A DNA stretch of 64,000 nt, taken from positions 6,324,001-6,388,000 of the forward strand of contig NC_092672.1 of NCBI RefSeq assembly GCF_964355755.1. Reading direction: 5' to 3'. Under the pieces are notes generated by a model. The model was not told the origin of the DNA. It was given only the letters and a program-made list of their open reading frames with translations, and made no database searches. Below, piece after piece: positions 28,101 to 39,795 of the stretch (the stretch's first letter is position 1; each line of letters starts with the position of its first letter). Position numbers and translations under genes: made by a program. Origin of the DNA: Antedon mediterranea (lineage: Eukaryota > Animalia > Echinodermata).

Positions 28101-31100
28101 GTTAAAATAGTGCCAGCCTATTCAATATTCATCATTAATGAGTCGGACTAAAAAAGGGACTGGTGAAGATTTAAATCTTTCTGTACGACCAAACGGGATT
28201 TTGAGTAGAGGCTTACTCGCAGACCTCAGGGTTCTGCTAATGTCACGAACAGGGGGAAGAATGCTTCTAAATGTATCGGACTTTATTATTCCTTTACCAA
28301 ATTTCAGTAAGAGTTGGACTCTTCTGTTAACTAGCGATGGAAGGTCTGACAATTTAAGAGCAGACTCGTAGGATACATAGTTCATGCCATAAATGATTCG
28401 TAGAGCTCTTTTTTGAACTCTTTCTATTGACTTAGTTTGGTCTTTCGTAATTGAACTGTAATTTAAACAAGGGCCCATGAATTACCTACAGGTGTGTGTC
28501 TGTGTGTAGAGAGATGATGTTTTTATGGAAAATCCAGAAACCTTAATATTAATAATAGTAGACTTGTCATTACATTATCTTTGCATATGTCATGCAGAAT
28601 CGACCAAAAAACCTTCTCTTGATTGGTTTATAAAAATATGCACAATTATAAAATCATCACTAATAGTTGCAGCATAAATTAGGAAATTTAATTAATGCTT
28701 CTCATATTTTTCAGTAATGACACAAATGTTTAGATTACAAACTCATTATACACTATGTACTGCACTTACCATCCATCAGTAGCCAATGTCCTGTCATGAC
28801 CCACATAAGAACTAGCAGAACAGAGAGACTAAAAGACATCAACTCAGCCGACGTGAACCGACCACAACAACCAAAAGATATTCTGTAAAAAAAAATTGTC
28901 AAAATAAAAGTCCTAATAAATTGAAATATTAATTTCTGGAGTGTTAAGATGTAGCAGTTGATACAGGTATTTATAAATATAGACTGTAAGAAAAGTTTTA
29001 ACCGATTTAGGGTGGTTACCTTTAATTAGGCTGGAATCAAAACTTGAGCTCTGCCTACACTATCAAACTGGTTTGAGAAAAAAGTGTGATTTGCCCAAAT
29101 ACTGTATGGACGATGACATCATCATGTTCATATGGGCACATCACATTTTTTTGTCACATAAAGTTTGATAGTGTAGACAAAGTCTTATTGACAAAAACAA
29201 ACTGGTTCTGCACTACACTCAATAACAGGCAATGTGGGGATATGTGGGGCAACTTCAACAAAGTTACGAGGTGTGTGGCAATGCGTGCAACAATGTTTGC
29301 ACACATTAAAAAGTTGACAACACAACATTATAATTTGCGTATTTCTTTTATTTTTTTGAAGAAAAAAACACACCTATGCATACGTACAGTAACGATGCAT
29401 GTCATATAATAGTAATATGTATTCATGATATAATGCATCGCATACAGTATGGCATGTATTGAGTTTACTATACTGTAGACCATAATGTGTACTGTATACT
29501 GTAAGTATGAAAGAAAAGTTCACAACATACAAGCAGTTATAATTTGCGTATTTCTTTTTTCTGAATAAAATGCATAGTTTGCCTATGTATACATAAAATG
29601 CATGTTGTAGTAATATATGTATTGATGATATAATGCATGGCATATGGCATGCATTATTGAGTGTATTGTAGACCAAACATAAGTATGAAAGAAAGCCATC
29701 AGTTTTAACTACACAAACTAGTTAAGTCAACACCTATTTTAGCTAAATCTACCTTGGGGTTCAGCATGAACAGTCTCCAGGCACTATAATACCTGAATTT
29801 TTTACAAATGAACACTGAATTTACTAAGATAATCTTTTGAGTAATCTTGCTTTCTCAATTCATTCAATTTATAGAATTCTTCTCGCTCCATTCAGGGTGA
29901 ATGCATTTAAAATGACCATGTACAGTACAAAGTATTTTACTTCAGTATGTTTTGTTTACTTTCTGTTTTTGCAATGCCTTATTGAGCTGAATCAATTGTA
30001 CACAATGTTTTGTGCAGACGGCCTCATAAACGTGTAGACTATACTGTACTATTATGGTAAAAGATAAATGTATATACTTTAAATATGCTGTACTTACTTG
30101 GTGCCTTGAGAACATGGTCGCAGAATATATTGGCACATTGGTAACAGAAGAAAAGCAAAGGCTACTGTTGCAAGGACTAAAAAGAGAAATAAGTTAATTA
30201 CAATCTGAAACAATAGCAAAGAAATTCCATCAGGACAAGATTTAATAATACAACATTATACAACATCAATTTATCATCAAATTACTGTAAAATCAACAGT
30301 ATCATATTACTGTAGAATATTGTTTTATAAATGTTAATATCAATATTTATCTTTGAAAATATTACAGCAATTTTACATGAATCTGGTAAAAGAATGATTA
30401 TTAATATTATACATAAAAATTACCATCTGTTATAGCCATAGAGTATGCACAGTGAAATTAAATTAAAAATTAAAAAAAAAGTAAGAAAGAAAGAAACCAA
30501 AGATAATAATGAATGTATTTATAAAAATATAATATTCTGAATATAAATGTTATACTGTATGCAAGGCAGGTGTATGTGTATGTTGTAATTTGTCCTAATG
30601 ACATTCTAATTTTTTTTGGGGCAATTATATAAAATCTCAGTTTTCCGTACAGATGGTTTAATACTAGTGATAATATGACAAATTTATAAATATGGCATTC
30701 ATAATACCGTTTACCGTATTGTTTCTTTTACTTTTTTCCCCTCATAAAACATCTTTTGAGCAAAACACATTACTGTATATCGATTTGTATTACTCCAGAG
30801 CATTTTGCATGTAGGTTTACAATATGTTGGCAAATAAATTATTTTATAAAAAGTAATAAAATATAGTGGCCAATGTTTTGCAATATTAATAAATTAATAA
30901 AGTGATTTTCGATTTTTGGTACCCCATTAAATGAATGTGAACTCTCACTTTCTTCAATGGTTTTAACTTATACTTATCTGAGCTTTTTATGGGTTTCTCT
31001 TTGCATAATTTAAGTAAATCTGTGGTTACATAAAAATCTATCAAAAAAGAATACAAATTCCGTAGTTTGTATCACGACTTCTTTATTTATCACATTTTTT

Positions 31101-34100
31101 GCTAAGTACTCTAATAACGTTTTATGAAAAATTTGAACTTTTTTCGGGCTAATATCGTTTTTTTGATTTAGCTTTTTGTTTATTTTATTTAGATCCAGCC
31201 ATTGATACCTACAACATTGCCACTTTGTCAAGTGTTTTGTATACAGCTAACTACGCTATCAAACTTTATGTTGATAATGTGATGTGCACATAAATGGGCA
31301 TGGTGATGTAATATCACTATCGTATTTGGGTTTAGCAATACCATATTAAACGGGTATTGCTAAACTCCGCAAACCTAAAAAAAACCATAGCAAACCCCAC
31401 TGAACCAACATAAAAGTGATTGAGTCATGTAGTGTACGACCCACTGGGTATATCCATGTAAAAAAAATATTAAATTTCTACTGTTATGTTAACCACTTAT
31501 TTTTGGGGTAAAACATCATTTTTTTGGTCAAAAATAACTGCTAAACCCCGCAAACCTCCAAAAAAACATAGCAAACCCCACGAAACCAACATTAAAGTGA
31601 TTGAATCATGCAGTGTACGACCCACTGGGTATATCCATGTAAAAAAAAAATTAAATTTCTACTGTTAACCACTTATTTTTGGGGTAAAACATCATTTTTT
31701 GGTCAAAAATAACTGCTAAACCCCGCAAACCTCCAAAAAAATATAGCAAACCCCACCGAACCAACATAAAAGTGATTGAATCATGTAGTGTACGACCCAC
31801 TGGGTATATTCAAGTAAAAAAATATTAAATTTCTACTGTTAGCTACTCATTTTTGGGGTAAAACATCATTTTTTGGTACAAAAATATTACATTTTTTTGG
31901 AGCAAAAAATGATGTTTTACCCCAAAAATTAGAAGTTAACAGTAGAAATTTAATATTTTTTTACATGGATATACCCAGTGGGTTTACACACTGCATGATT
32001 CAATCACTTTTATGTTGGTTTGGTAGGGTTTGCTATGTTTTTTTGGAGGTTTAGTAGTTATTTTTGATCAAAAAATGATGTTTTACCCCAAAAATAAGTG
32101 GTTAACAGTATAAATTTAATATTTTTTTACTTGAATTATACCCAGTGGGTCGTACACTACATGATTCAATCACTTTTATGTTGGTTCGGTGGGGTTTGCT
32201 ATGTTTTTTTGGAGGTTTGCGGGGGCTTGCGGGGTTTAGCAATACCGTATTAAAGCATATCACTACCATATTTGGGCACATCACACTTTTTTGTCAAATT
32301 AGGTAGATAGTGTAGACAGAGCTTTAAACAATTATTTTATTCGAACTACATTAAGGATCAGAATAACATTAAATTACTTAAATTGGATCTAAAAACGTAA
32401 AAAAAACTTTTAAAGCGTCACAGAAACATAGTATTATACAGGTGCTATACTACATATTTATGTAATGTAATATTAATTAATTAGCAATTACAGACAAAGG
32501 AAACAAACAATAGTTATCATATCATTATCATAACTTGATAGAGGCTTTAGGTTGTTGACTGAATGCTCTTTTAGTTTCCATTAAGGCTAGCATTTAGCAT
32601 CAAGGGATTTCATCTTTCACACATCTACCAACCGTGCATGAATAAGATCAAAGCCATTGACATTTCAAGACACGACCATGTCAAGTATACAACTGAATAA
32701 AATTATAGTTGCGAACATTTTATTCTTTAATTAAATCTTCATTTTCTAGTACTGTAGTATACAATTGCTGGTAAAAGAATTTTAGTATAATTTAAGGTTT
32801 AGCATTTAGGATACATTATTTTTAAATGTAAAATTGAGGTTACTGTAGGTTTGTCTTGCCTAAAGGCTCTCTACATTATCGAACTTTAAGTGATGTGATA
32901 TGCTCATACTGTATATGGAAATGATGATGTCATATCACTACTATATTTGGGCATATCACTACCATGTTTGGGCAGTCTTGCCTAACCACTTTACTATAGG
33001 ATGCATGCGTTGAGCTGAAGGCCTGATGAAACTACTGTACTGTACACCGAGACATGGCGAGCCAGACATTTTATGTCCGGTTGGCTCAGGAAGAATCTCA
33101 ATTATTGTACAGATTTCAACTACACTGTTTCTAAGTTAACCATCTGAAAGACTTTTAAAAATAAACAAAATAAAGAGGTTCATATATATATAGAATCCTA
33201 AGTAGAACTTAAATAGGCATGATTATATCAATGAAAATGATTACGTATTAAAAAGTAATGAAAACCATCTGTGGTTTAAATGCCTACACAACTTAAGATC
33301 CTTGTACTAAACATTCTCAAAACCAGCTTGATCTTCCCTTGACCTTAATAATGAACACCATATTTTGACTGCAATTAGCATTATGACCTACAAAGGCTAA
33401 TATTAGAAATTGCAAAACCACAATCAACAGAACTAAAGTTTGTATTATTCTTTCTAAATCTAAGGAACAGTCGTAATTCCTATAGATATACAACAAAGGT
33501 ATATGAATTACAGGTTTATTAACTAAAGAATAACAGATTATCTTCATAGGTAGGCCTACAGTATTATTAAAGGGCTAAATGCATTTCGTTATAACAACCC
33601 ATTGCCCTGTGGTTGTGACCAAATCGACTATGCCTACAGTATACTGTATGTGTCATCAAATACCGTTTATATTTATTTATAGAATTATGTTTTAAGTTTA
33701 AAACTTTATTTAAATTAGTAATGCCATAGGAATAGCTTTAAGGGATAATTGATATATTAATAATGTTAGTAATTAATCTTTTTATAAAAAAAAAAAAGAT
33801 TTAAATTTAATAAACACCTAAAATAGTAGCAGAAGAGGATTAAATTAAATGTTTCAAGTGCAATGGATCACGAAAACTATTTTTAAAACAATTTTAGGTT
33901 GGATGGCAAGAATGTTCCATTTTATTATAGGGGTTTTAAAGTTAACGTTCTAATTGTTGGTTTATCCATGAGGACCTCCATGGTTTATCCAAGTACAGTA
34001 AGCTAAGCAAAAAAACAGTATACTAGAAACTTGGTTAGAAATTGACATTTTTGGTGTTTTGATTTTTGTCGGGAAGAGTAACCTTTAAACTCAAACCCAC

Positions 34101-37100
34101 AACTGTTACACCTCAATGTACCATGTAATACCAGATTAGATGATTAATACACACAGCGTTCGCAATAACACTGGTCCGCCGGCCAATGGCCGGTTAAAGT
34201 CCGCCTGGCCAGTTAAAATGTCAGTAAAATATGACGAATATCAATAATTTTACTCAATTTACCTCATCACGATTTCCTTAAGAAATATTTTACACCTGGA
34301 CAAATGTAAACAAGATCGATTTTCTGTACCTCAATAACTTTTTTTCAAGTTAATGTTCAGGTATAAACAGTATTTTGGTTGTTAATTGAAGGCCTCCCTA
34401 TACAGTAGTACTAGTAAAAGTGTGGCCGACCAGTAAAAAGAATGGAGGACCAGTAAAATTGTAATTTTACTGGTCCTATTGTCTTGTTTAAAAAAAACGG
34501 AGACCCCTGACACACATAAAAAATAAAAAAATGTAATGAGACAAACCTGCTGTACATATAGCAAATATCATCTGCATGGAGTCAAAGAAGAAGAACATGA
34601 CAAGTAAAGAAATGGAAGCACCGACCGGCAAGAACATGGCTTGAGTTGTATCAATACTATGTACTGAAAAGAAAGAACAAGAAACATATTTTTAAAACCG
34701 TCTTTTTGGTACAGACAATTGAAGCAAAATGAAGCGCTAAGAAACTAAACAAAATACATGGCGAAATGCAGAGAGCGACGAAGGGCGTGTTATTTAATAT
34801 TTTGTCCCCAAGAAAACTGGAAACATGCATAGAGCGACAGATGGCATGTTATTTGTCCCAAATTAAACAGATAACTCAACATTTTAATAGGCTTTTGTGA
34901 TGTTAACAATACATTGATTTTCCCTGAGAATCAAATATACATTGTCTGTTGGTATATTAAACATAAAAATTGTTGACATCATTGTGCAAATATATCGTAC
35001 TGCATGTATCCCAAAATTCTTGGAAAAATAAATAGAGCGACAGAGGGCATGCTAAATTTAATATTTCATCCCATATTAAAGAACAGATAACTGAAGATTT
35101 AAATAGGCTTTTGTGATGTTAACAATACATTGATTTTCCCCGAGAAATAAATACACATTGTCTATTGGTATATTAAACTTTAAATTGTGGACGTTATTGT
35201 GCAAATATATGTATCCCAAAATTCTAGGAAAAATGGATAGAGCGACAGAGGGCAGGCTAAATTTAATATTTCATCCCATATTAAAGAACAGATAACTGAA
35301 GATTTTAGTAGGCTTTTGTGATGTTACCAATACATTGATTTTCCCGAGAATCAATGCATTGTCTGTCAGTTGGTATATACTGTACATACTGTATTAAACT
35401 TGAACATTGTAGATGTTATTGTGCAACCAAACATTGATCAAATAGCAATTAATACACTTTGCATTTTCATTTAAGTAATGAAGCATAGAGTAGCTTGTAG
35501 GGTTGAAGGGTTTACAAGGAAATAATGCAGTATCAAAACATTACTTAAGGTAGAAATATACACAAGTGTCATTAATAATAATACATACACAATAAAAACA
35601 CTATATTACTTGTGAGTTTAATATTCAACCAGGATGTTAATTGAATGAAAACATCCTTAAGAAATATCACATTACTTGCATTGAGGTGAATGTAAAAGAA
35701 GTTTTAGGCTATTTAGTTGTTGAAAACACATCACATCACACACAAATATAATTACTACAACATGCATGTGACATCAGAAAATAGTAAAAATAACTACAGC
35801 ACATGTTAGCCATCAAATTGAACGTCTATTTTTCAATTAAGAAAATGTTAATCATGTCCAAATACGTCATTTATAATAACTATCATTAAACAATTGTTAT
35901 TAGAAACTATAAATATATTTTATTATGTTTTTTGTAATTAATTTTACTGGAATTTATTATGTTTACCTCAATTTCTTGAAGAAAGAAATAAATGTTAAGT
36001 TGAATTGAATTGAATTGAACATACATTGTGCTTGTATTGGTAAAAGAACTGACAATAAGGCAGACATAAGTGAAAACTCTTTACAAACACATGTATAGAA
36101 AGTTCACGACAGCTTTTTCTGTCTATACAAACAACGTACTACTAAACCAAGTAAACAATGTCCAGTTACTTAAGCTCCTTAGAGACAAGCCCAGTTAACT
36201 TACTAGCAGACGGGGCTAGTAAGTAAAGAAAGCTCTGTCAAAGCATAGACTAGATATTTTTTGGGAATGTAAGTTTGGGCCATCAAAATGGCAGGAGGGC
36301 TAGTACAATTATCTGCTAACTAGCCAGATCTTACCATTTTTAGGACACTAGATATTTTTAAAGTACAGCCTATTTGTGAATTTTCGTTTTGGCTATCACA
36401 ATGGCAGGTGGGCTAGTAAGATTACCTCCTGACTATCCAAAACCCAGTTACCATTTTTAGGACACTAGATATTTTTAAAGTAATTTTCGTTTTGGCTATC
36501 ACAATGACAGGCAGGCTAGTACAATTTTAACAAAGGCCAATACACTCTTGGGACTAGATGTTTACAGTAATTGTGAAATGTTTGTTAGTTTGGGCCAGCA
36601 AAATGGCTGGTGGGGTAGTACAATACTAACTAGCCTGATACACTACTTACCATTTTCAGGATGACTACAACAGTGGATATATTTTATAAATTATTCAATT
36701 TAGATACATATTTGATTTTAGGCCACCAACAAATTCTTACCATTTTCATTGTTGATGGTAACATTTGCAGATTGTCCTGTTGCTTCATTTTCTTCACTTT
36801 TTCTATCCTTTTCATCAAGATCCATGTTTAAAGACCTTAGTATCAGAAAAATAAAATCATACAGTAATTTGAGAAATTAGAATTAACGAAGATTTATTAT
36901 TATTTATTGCAAAAAAAGTTTAGTATTCAATGATGAATATATAAATAATCAATTATACAAGAAATATTAAATATTAATTTATCAAATCTGTAGTAATACA
37001 CGCGGCTTCGCGCCAATCGATCTGCGCGTAGCATCGATTTTTCGGCGCCGGACCAGAACCGTGCCGGAACAGGTGTGGAAGACTCTTCACATATATCTAC

Positions 37101-38490
37101 TGTAGTATAATATATTTATGGAAACAGTTTCTAAGGTAAGATACTTTTTTGTCGTTCCACTAAAAAGTTTGATACATTTTTTTTTAGAAGATAAGGAAAT
37201 GAAATTTGAAATATTAAAATCATAATGACTTGCCTCTCAAAGTTCTTAATTTGTTTATATTATCAAGATATATATATTTTTTATATACTTGTATTTATAC
37301 AGTTTTTTCAGTACTCACTTCAATAAGAGTACAATAAGTTCTGGTAATTTCATTATAATATATTCTTAAACCACATAAACGATAACAAAACCCAAGGTGA
37401 ATAAAACTATTTAAATATCAATCTACATCTGTTGTACTGTAGTAGGCAGCATGATCTACCTATTGTTTAGTCTGGTGTCCTTATTTATAAATCCTTTGTT
37501 GTTAATGGAAATGTACAAGTGTTCACACAACCGTAAACAACAAAGCGATTATTGTTCCTGCGATTATAATACTACAAGTTTGGTCACTTCAATGTAGCCA
37601 TTTATTATTATTCATGATATTATTTTTAATATGCAATGCATTGAAGTAGAAGAATTGAAGAACCAAAAAAAGTGCCATAGTAAAATTAAAAACAAAAGCA
37701 TTGATCAATTATACCCATTTTTGTTTAGTTAATATCTTTGTTTAATGTTGTGATTATACAGTATAAGAATTATGTCTGCTGTATTTTTCTATTCGAAACT
37801 CTGTAAAATGCTTGGCAAGTAAGGTGAAAATCATATGCCATTTTAAAAAGAAAAATTGGAATTTCATTGCCCCACATGGTTGCTTGTACGGTCATTTAAA
37901 AAATAAGAACATCTCAAATTTGTTTTGTTTTTTTTAACTTACCTGAAACTACCATACACAATCAAGAGCATGGATATAAGAAATGTTGAGACTCTAGAAG
38001 AATCCACAAGGGAGTATGCCCTGTAACGAAAGACAAAATCATACAATTTAAACTTTAAATGTATTGTATTCATATAGAATTATAAATTGTATTCATAGAT
38101 ATGCTATATAACCCTAGACCTATATTAGAATACTATTACTGTAATAAAATAAAAAGATAGTTAAAATGAGTCCACAAAATCTAGGTTAGGCCCTTCTGTA
38201 GGATTTTTTAGACCAAGCCTATCCTATATAACTTAATAAGCATATAGGAAAATTATGCTAAGTCTAAAATAAGGCTTTCAACTTTGTTGTGTTACTGTTA
38301 TCAACTTTCCTTTTCAACTTTTTAGATAAAAAAACCTTATCTAATCTACTCGGTCCATACACATGTTATTCATACTTAAGTTAGGCCTAGGCCCTAGTCA
38401 TATAACATAGATAGGGCCATCATTCGTATAGCTAGGCTACACAATATCTTTAATTTAATATTTACATACTTACCAATCATAATCAGACAT
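19171..38490 (-). CDS. SPPL3: Signal peptide peptidase-like 3 (GxGD intramembrane aspartyl protease), complete, 383 aa
   Basis: Exons (-): 38490-38474, 38020-37943, 36835-36741, 34663-34547, 30176-30098, 28882-28770, 23432-23254, 22024-21936, 21060-20858, 20078-19969, 19242-19171 (1152 nt, ATG to TGA, all GT-AG). Contains [19 protein letters not shown], catalytic YD ([10 protein letters not shown]), GLGD and QPALLYLVP motifs, and ends [11 protein letters not shown], all typical of SPPL3. Confidence 0.97.
19269..19600. mobile_element. Kolobok-like MITE (332 bp)
   Basis: TTAA at 19265-19268 and 19601-19604; TIR AGATATATTGTCCCCC / AGATGTATTGTCACCC; a related left end lies near 58423. Confidence 0.75.
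20334..20729 (+). mobile_element. Full-length tRNA-headed SINE with a Deu(Nin)-like core
   Basis: A box TGGCCGAGCGG (head duplicated), B box GGTTCGAGGC, core CGGATAAGGACTATAAACCGTAGGTCC...TTAAAGAACC...GAGTAGGGGGTTACCCCGGTGT resembling the DeuSINE/AmnSINE domain, poly(A) tail; partial copies at 2238 and 26297. Confidence 0.85.
21575..21755 (-). mobile_element. tRNA-headed SINE with a Meta-domain-like core
   Basis: On the - strand: A box TAGCCAAGTGG, B-box-like GGTTGAATTG, core CCCAGTCTACTCAGCTGTAAATGAGTACC. Confidence 0.65.
22170..22620. repeat. 42-bp tandem repeat (~5 copies) preceded by a ~150-bp duplication
   Basis: Unit GGACAAGAGGAATATTTCTTTTGGCGACTATTTATTTGGCGT; explains the three repetitive ORFs at 22339-22657. 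Confidence 0.9.
24191..24332. mobile_element. Truncated left arm of palindromic MITE family E
   Basis: Matches 24518-24655. Confidence 0.75.
24518..24913. mobile_element. Palindromic PIF/Harbinger-like MITE family E (~396 bp)
   Basis: TAA|AGGCCCATTTACACTAGGACAATAACGATCGACGATAA ... TTATCGTCGATCGTTATCGTCCTAGTCTGAATGGGCCT|TAA; arms pair over ~170 bp; TAA duplication. Confidence 0.85.
25237..25357. mobile_element. hAT-like MITE
   Basis: CAGTGGC..GCCACTA ends with an 8-bp near-duplication CAGATCTC / CAGGTCTC. Confidence 0.65.
25888..26068 (-). mobile_element. tRNA-derived SINE, family C (internally deleted)
   Basis: Matches 1367-1576 and 54687-54897. Confidence 0.75.
26297..26513 (-). mobile_element. 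Deu-domain SINE, 5' half only
   Basis: Close reverse complement of 20361-20577; no 3' tail; flanked by a 33-bp direct repeat. Confidence 0.85.
27019..27532 (+). mobile_element. Solo LTR (514 bp)
   Basis: Starts TGTAA, ends TGACA, perfect 5-bp TSD CACCT (27014-27018, 27533-27537), TATATAAG near 27219, ATTAAA near 27409. Confidence 0.85.
27922..28480 (-). mobile_element. 5'-truncated CR1/L2-group LINE (ORF2 C-terminus plus 3'UTR)
   Basis: ORF 28122-28478 ([37 protein letters not shown]) resembles the post-RT region of CR1/L2-group elements; 3' stem-loop CAGCCTTTTGGCTG and AATAAA. Confidence 0.8.
29047..29186. mobile_element. MITE family A
   Basis: AGCTCTGCCTACACTATCAAACT ... AGTTTGATAGTGTAGACA. 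Confidence 0.8.
29328..29695. repeat. Diverged tandem duplication (~210 + ~160 bp)
   Basis: TTATAATTTGCGTATTTC..CCTATG..TGATATAATGCAT..TGTAGACC..TAAGTATGAAAGAAA occurs twice. Confidence 0.75.
31346..32253. mobile_element. Foldback-type element with internally repeated arms, nested in a family-A MITE (host 31245-32326)
   Basis: Left arm has three ~175-180-bp units (31358, 31539, 31714); right arm has two inverted units; ends GGTATTGCTAAAC / GTTTAGCAATACC lie next to TTAA; host MITE halves on both sides. Confidence 0.8.
32865..32974. mobile_element. MITE family A, truncated
   Basis: Left TIR remnant and internal repeats; flanked by an 11-bp direct repeat GTCTTGCCTAA. Confidence 0.7.
34154..34509. 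mobile_element. Possible hAT-like MITE
   Basis: CAG..CTG ends and recurring ACCAGTAAAA/ACTGGTCC subterminal motifs; no clean TSD. Confidence 0.35.
34770..35425. repeat. ~205-bp tandem repeat (~3 copies)
   Basis: TAGAGCGACAGAGGGCATGCTAAATTTAATATTTCATCCC..GGCTTTTGTGATGTTAACAATACATTGATTTTCCC recurs near 34830, 35033 and 35238. Confidence 0.85.
36190..36665. repeat. Degenerate ~100-120-bp tandem repeat (~4 copies)
   Basis: Recurring CAAAATGGCAGG..GGCTAGTA..TTACCATTTTTAGGACACTAGATATTTTT. Confidence 0.7.
37000..37087. mobile_element. Fragment of MITE family F
   Basis: Matches the right half of 48090-48280. Confidence 0.7.
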
Positions 38491-39795
38491 TTTATTTCAG
38501 CACTTTCACCACTTTTACACAAAGGCCAACCTCAAATCAAAGAACCGTAGTTCTTTCCTAAGCCGGCTGAGTAAAGATGTCCAGCTAGGTTAGGAGCCTA
38601 GCTAGCTAGCCTGCTGAGACCAGTATATCGGGCCCAGGTCTAAAATAATCAACACAAGATGGCCGATGAGAACAAATTTTTCAAATCAATAATTTCAACT
38701 AATCGTAAATTCTTGTCACTTTAAATTTACCATAGTCGAATCTGTATTATCTGAACACTTAATAAGCAGTCGTACAACCCCAAATAATACCGTAATCTGG
38801 AACACCAAGTAAGTAAAGTTAGGGGTCGAAATGAGCGAAGGACAATGGACACATTTCCGACGACAAAAAACAGTGTTATGATTATTATTGCGCATGCGTA
38901 GATTCAGTTAAAGCTCAAGATTTTATGGGATTGGCAATTTACGATGATAGGTTGTAATGAAATATGTTATTATACAATATTTAAGCATATTGATCCTTAT
39001 TAGATTTTTATTACTGAAAAATTAAAAAACTATGCAAATTTTTACATATAATTATTACACATATTATTTAAAACTGCTTTATTTTTCGTTTTATATATGC
39101 ATGGATGCTAATGTAGCCACATAAATATGGAATATTCCAAAAGTGTTCATTTAAATACATACATATCTTTACAAATTATTTCGATTATTATTATTAATTT
39201 TAGATCATGAAGACAAATTCGTTTGTCTATGATTATAGTAAGCCTAAATAGCTACAGAGTACCCATAGGGCCTACTACATGAATGACAATACATTATTAA
39301 CAGGGAGGCTCACAGTAGGCTGAACATGAACATTCGTGTTCACTCCAACTGGTGTTTACTTCTTTACTTTTCAACTTTGTTTTATTTTTTACAATTTTAA
39401 TTTCTATTATGTCCCGGTTAGTTTAAAATGATTCATGTAATTCTTAATACCGCATATAGGCCTAAATAACATTGATTAAAATACGATTTGAACCATTGAA
39501 CTTGGAACCGCAAGATAGCTTAACCACTAACACAAGCACGTATAACTTGAAAACAAATTGCAGAAACCAGTTTCACACATCCTTATCAATTTGGTTAGTG
39601 ATGGCGCCCTACCTGAATATATTTGGAAAACGATCTGGAATATAGATAAAACACGACCAGGTTTTAGTACAACTATATCAGTGGTATCTCAGCCAGGAAA
39701 ACACACGGGTGCGTATTTATATAAACCAGCAACGTATTGTTAGACAAATTCTTTGGAGGAAAAAAATCGAAAAAATGGTCGTTGGATGTGTAAAA
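38491..39795. promoter_or_regulatory. Divergent SPPL3 / HNF1 promoter region (~1.3 kb between start codons)
   Basis: Head-to-head genes. YY1-like CAAGATGGCCG near 38655, NRF1/P3A2-like TGCGCATGCGTA at 38889-38900, GATA-like CTTATC near 39582, TATATAAA at 39718-39725 upstream of the HNF1 ATG. Confidence 0.6.

Noticed and set aside
31486-32284. Pair of similar ORFs on opposite strands
   Set aside because: They come from the inverted arms of the foldback element, not genes.
38467-38476. U1 snRNA 5' end (ATACTTACC; also at 5170)
   Set aside because: These are reverse complements of GT donors of minus-strand exons; no downstream U1 sequence.
19171-38490. Alternative identity as SPP/HM13 or SPPL2
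   Set aside because: No PA domain or KKXX tail; N-terminal [19 protein letters not shown] and GDLRRMW are characteristic of SPPL3.
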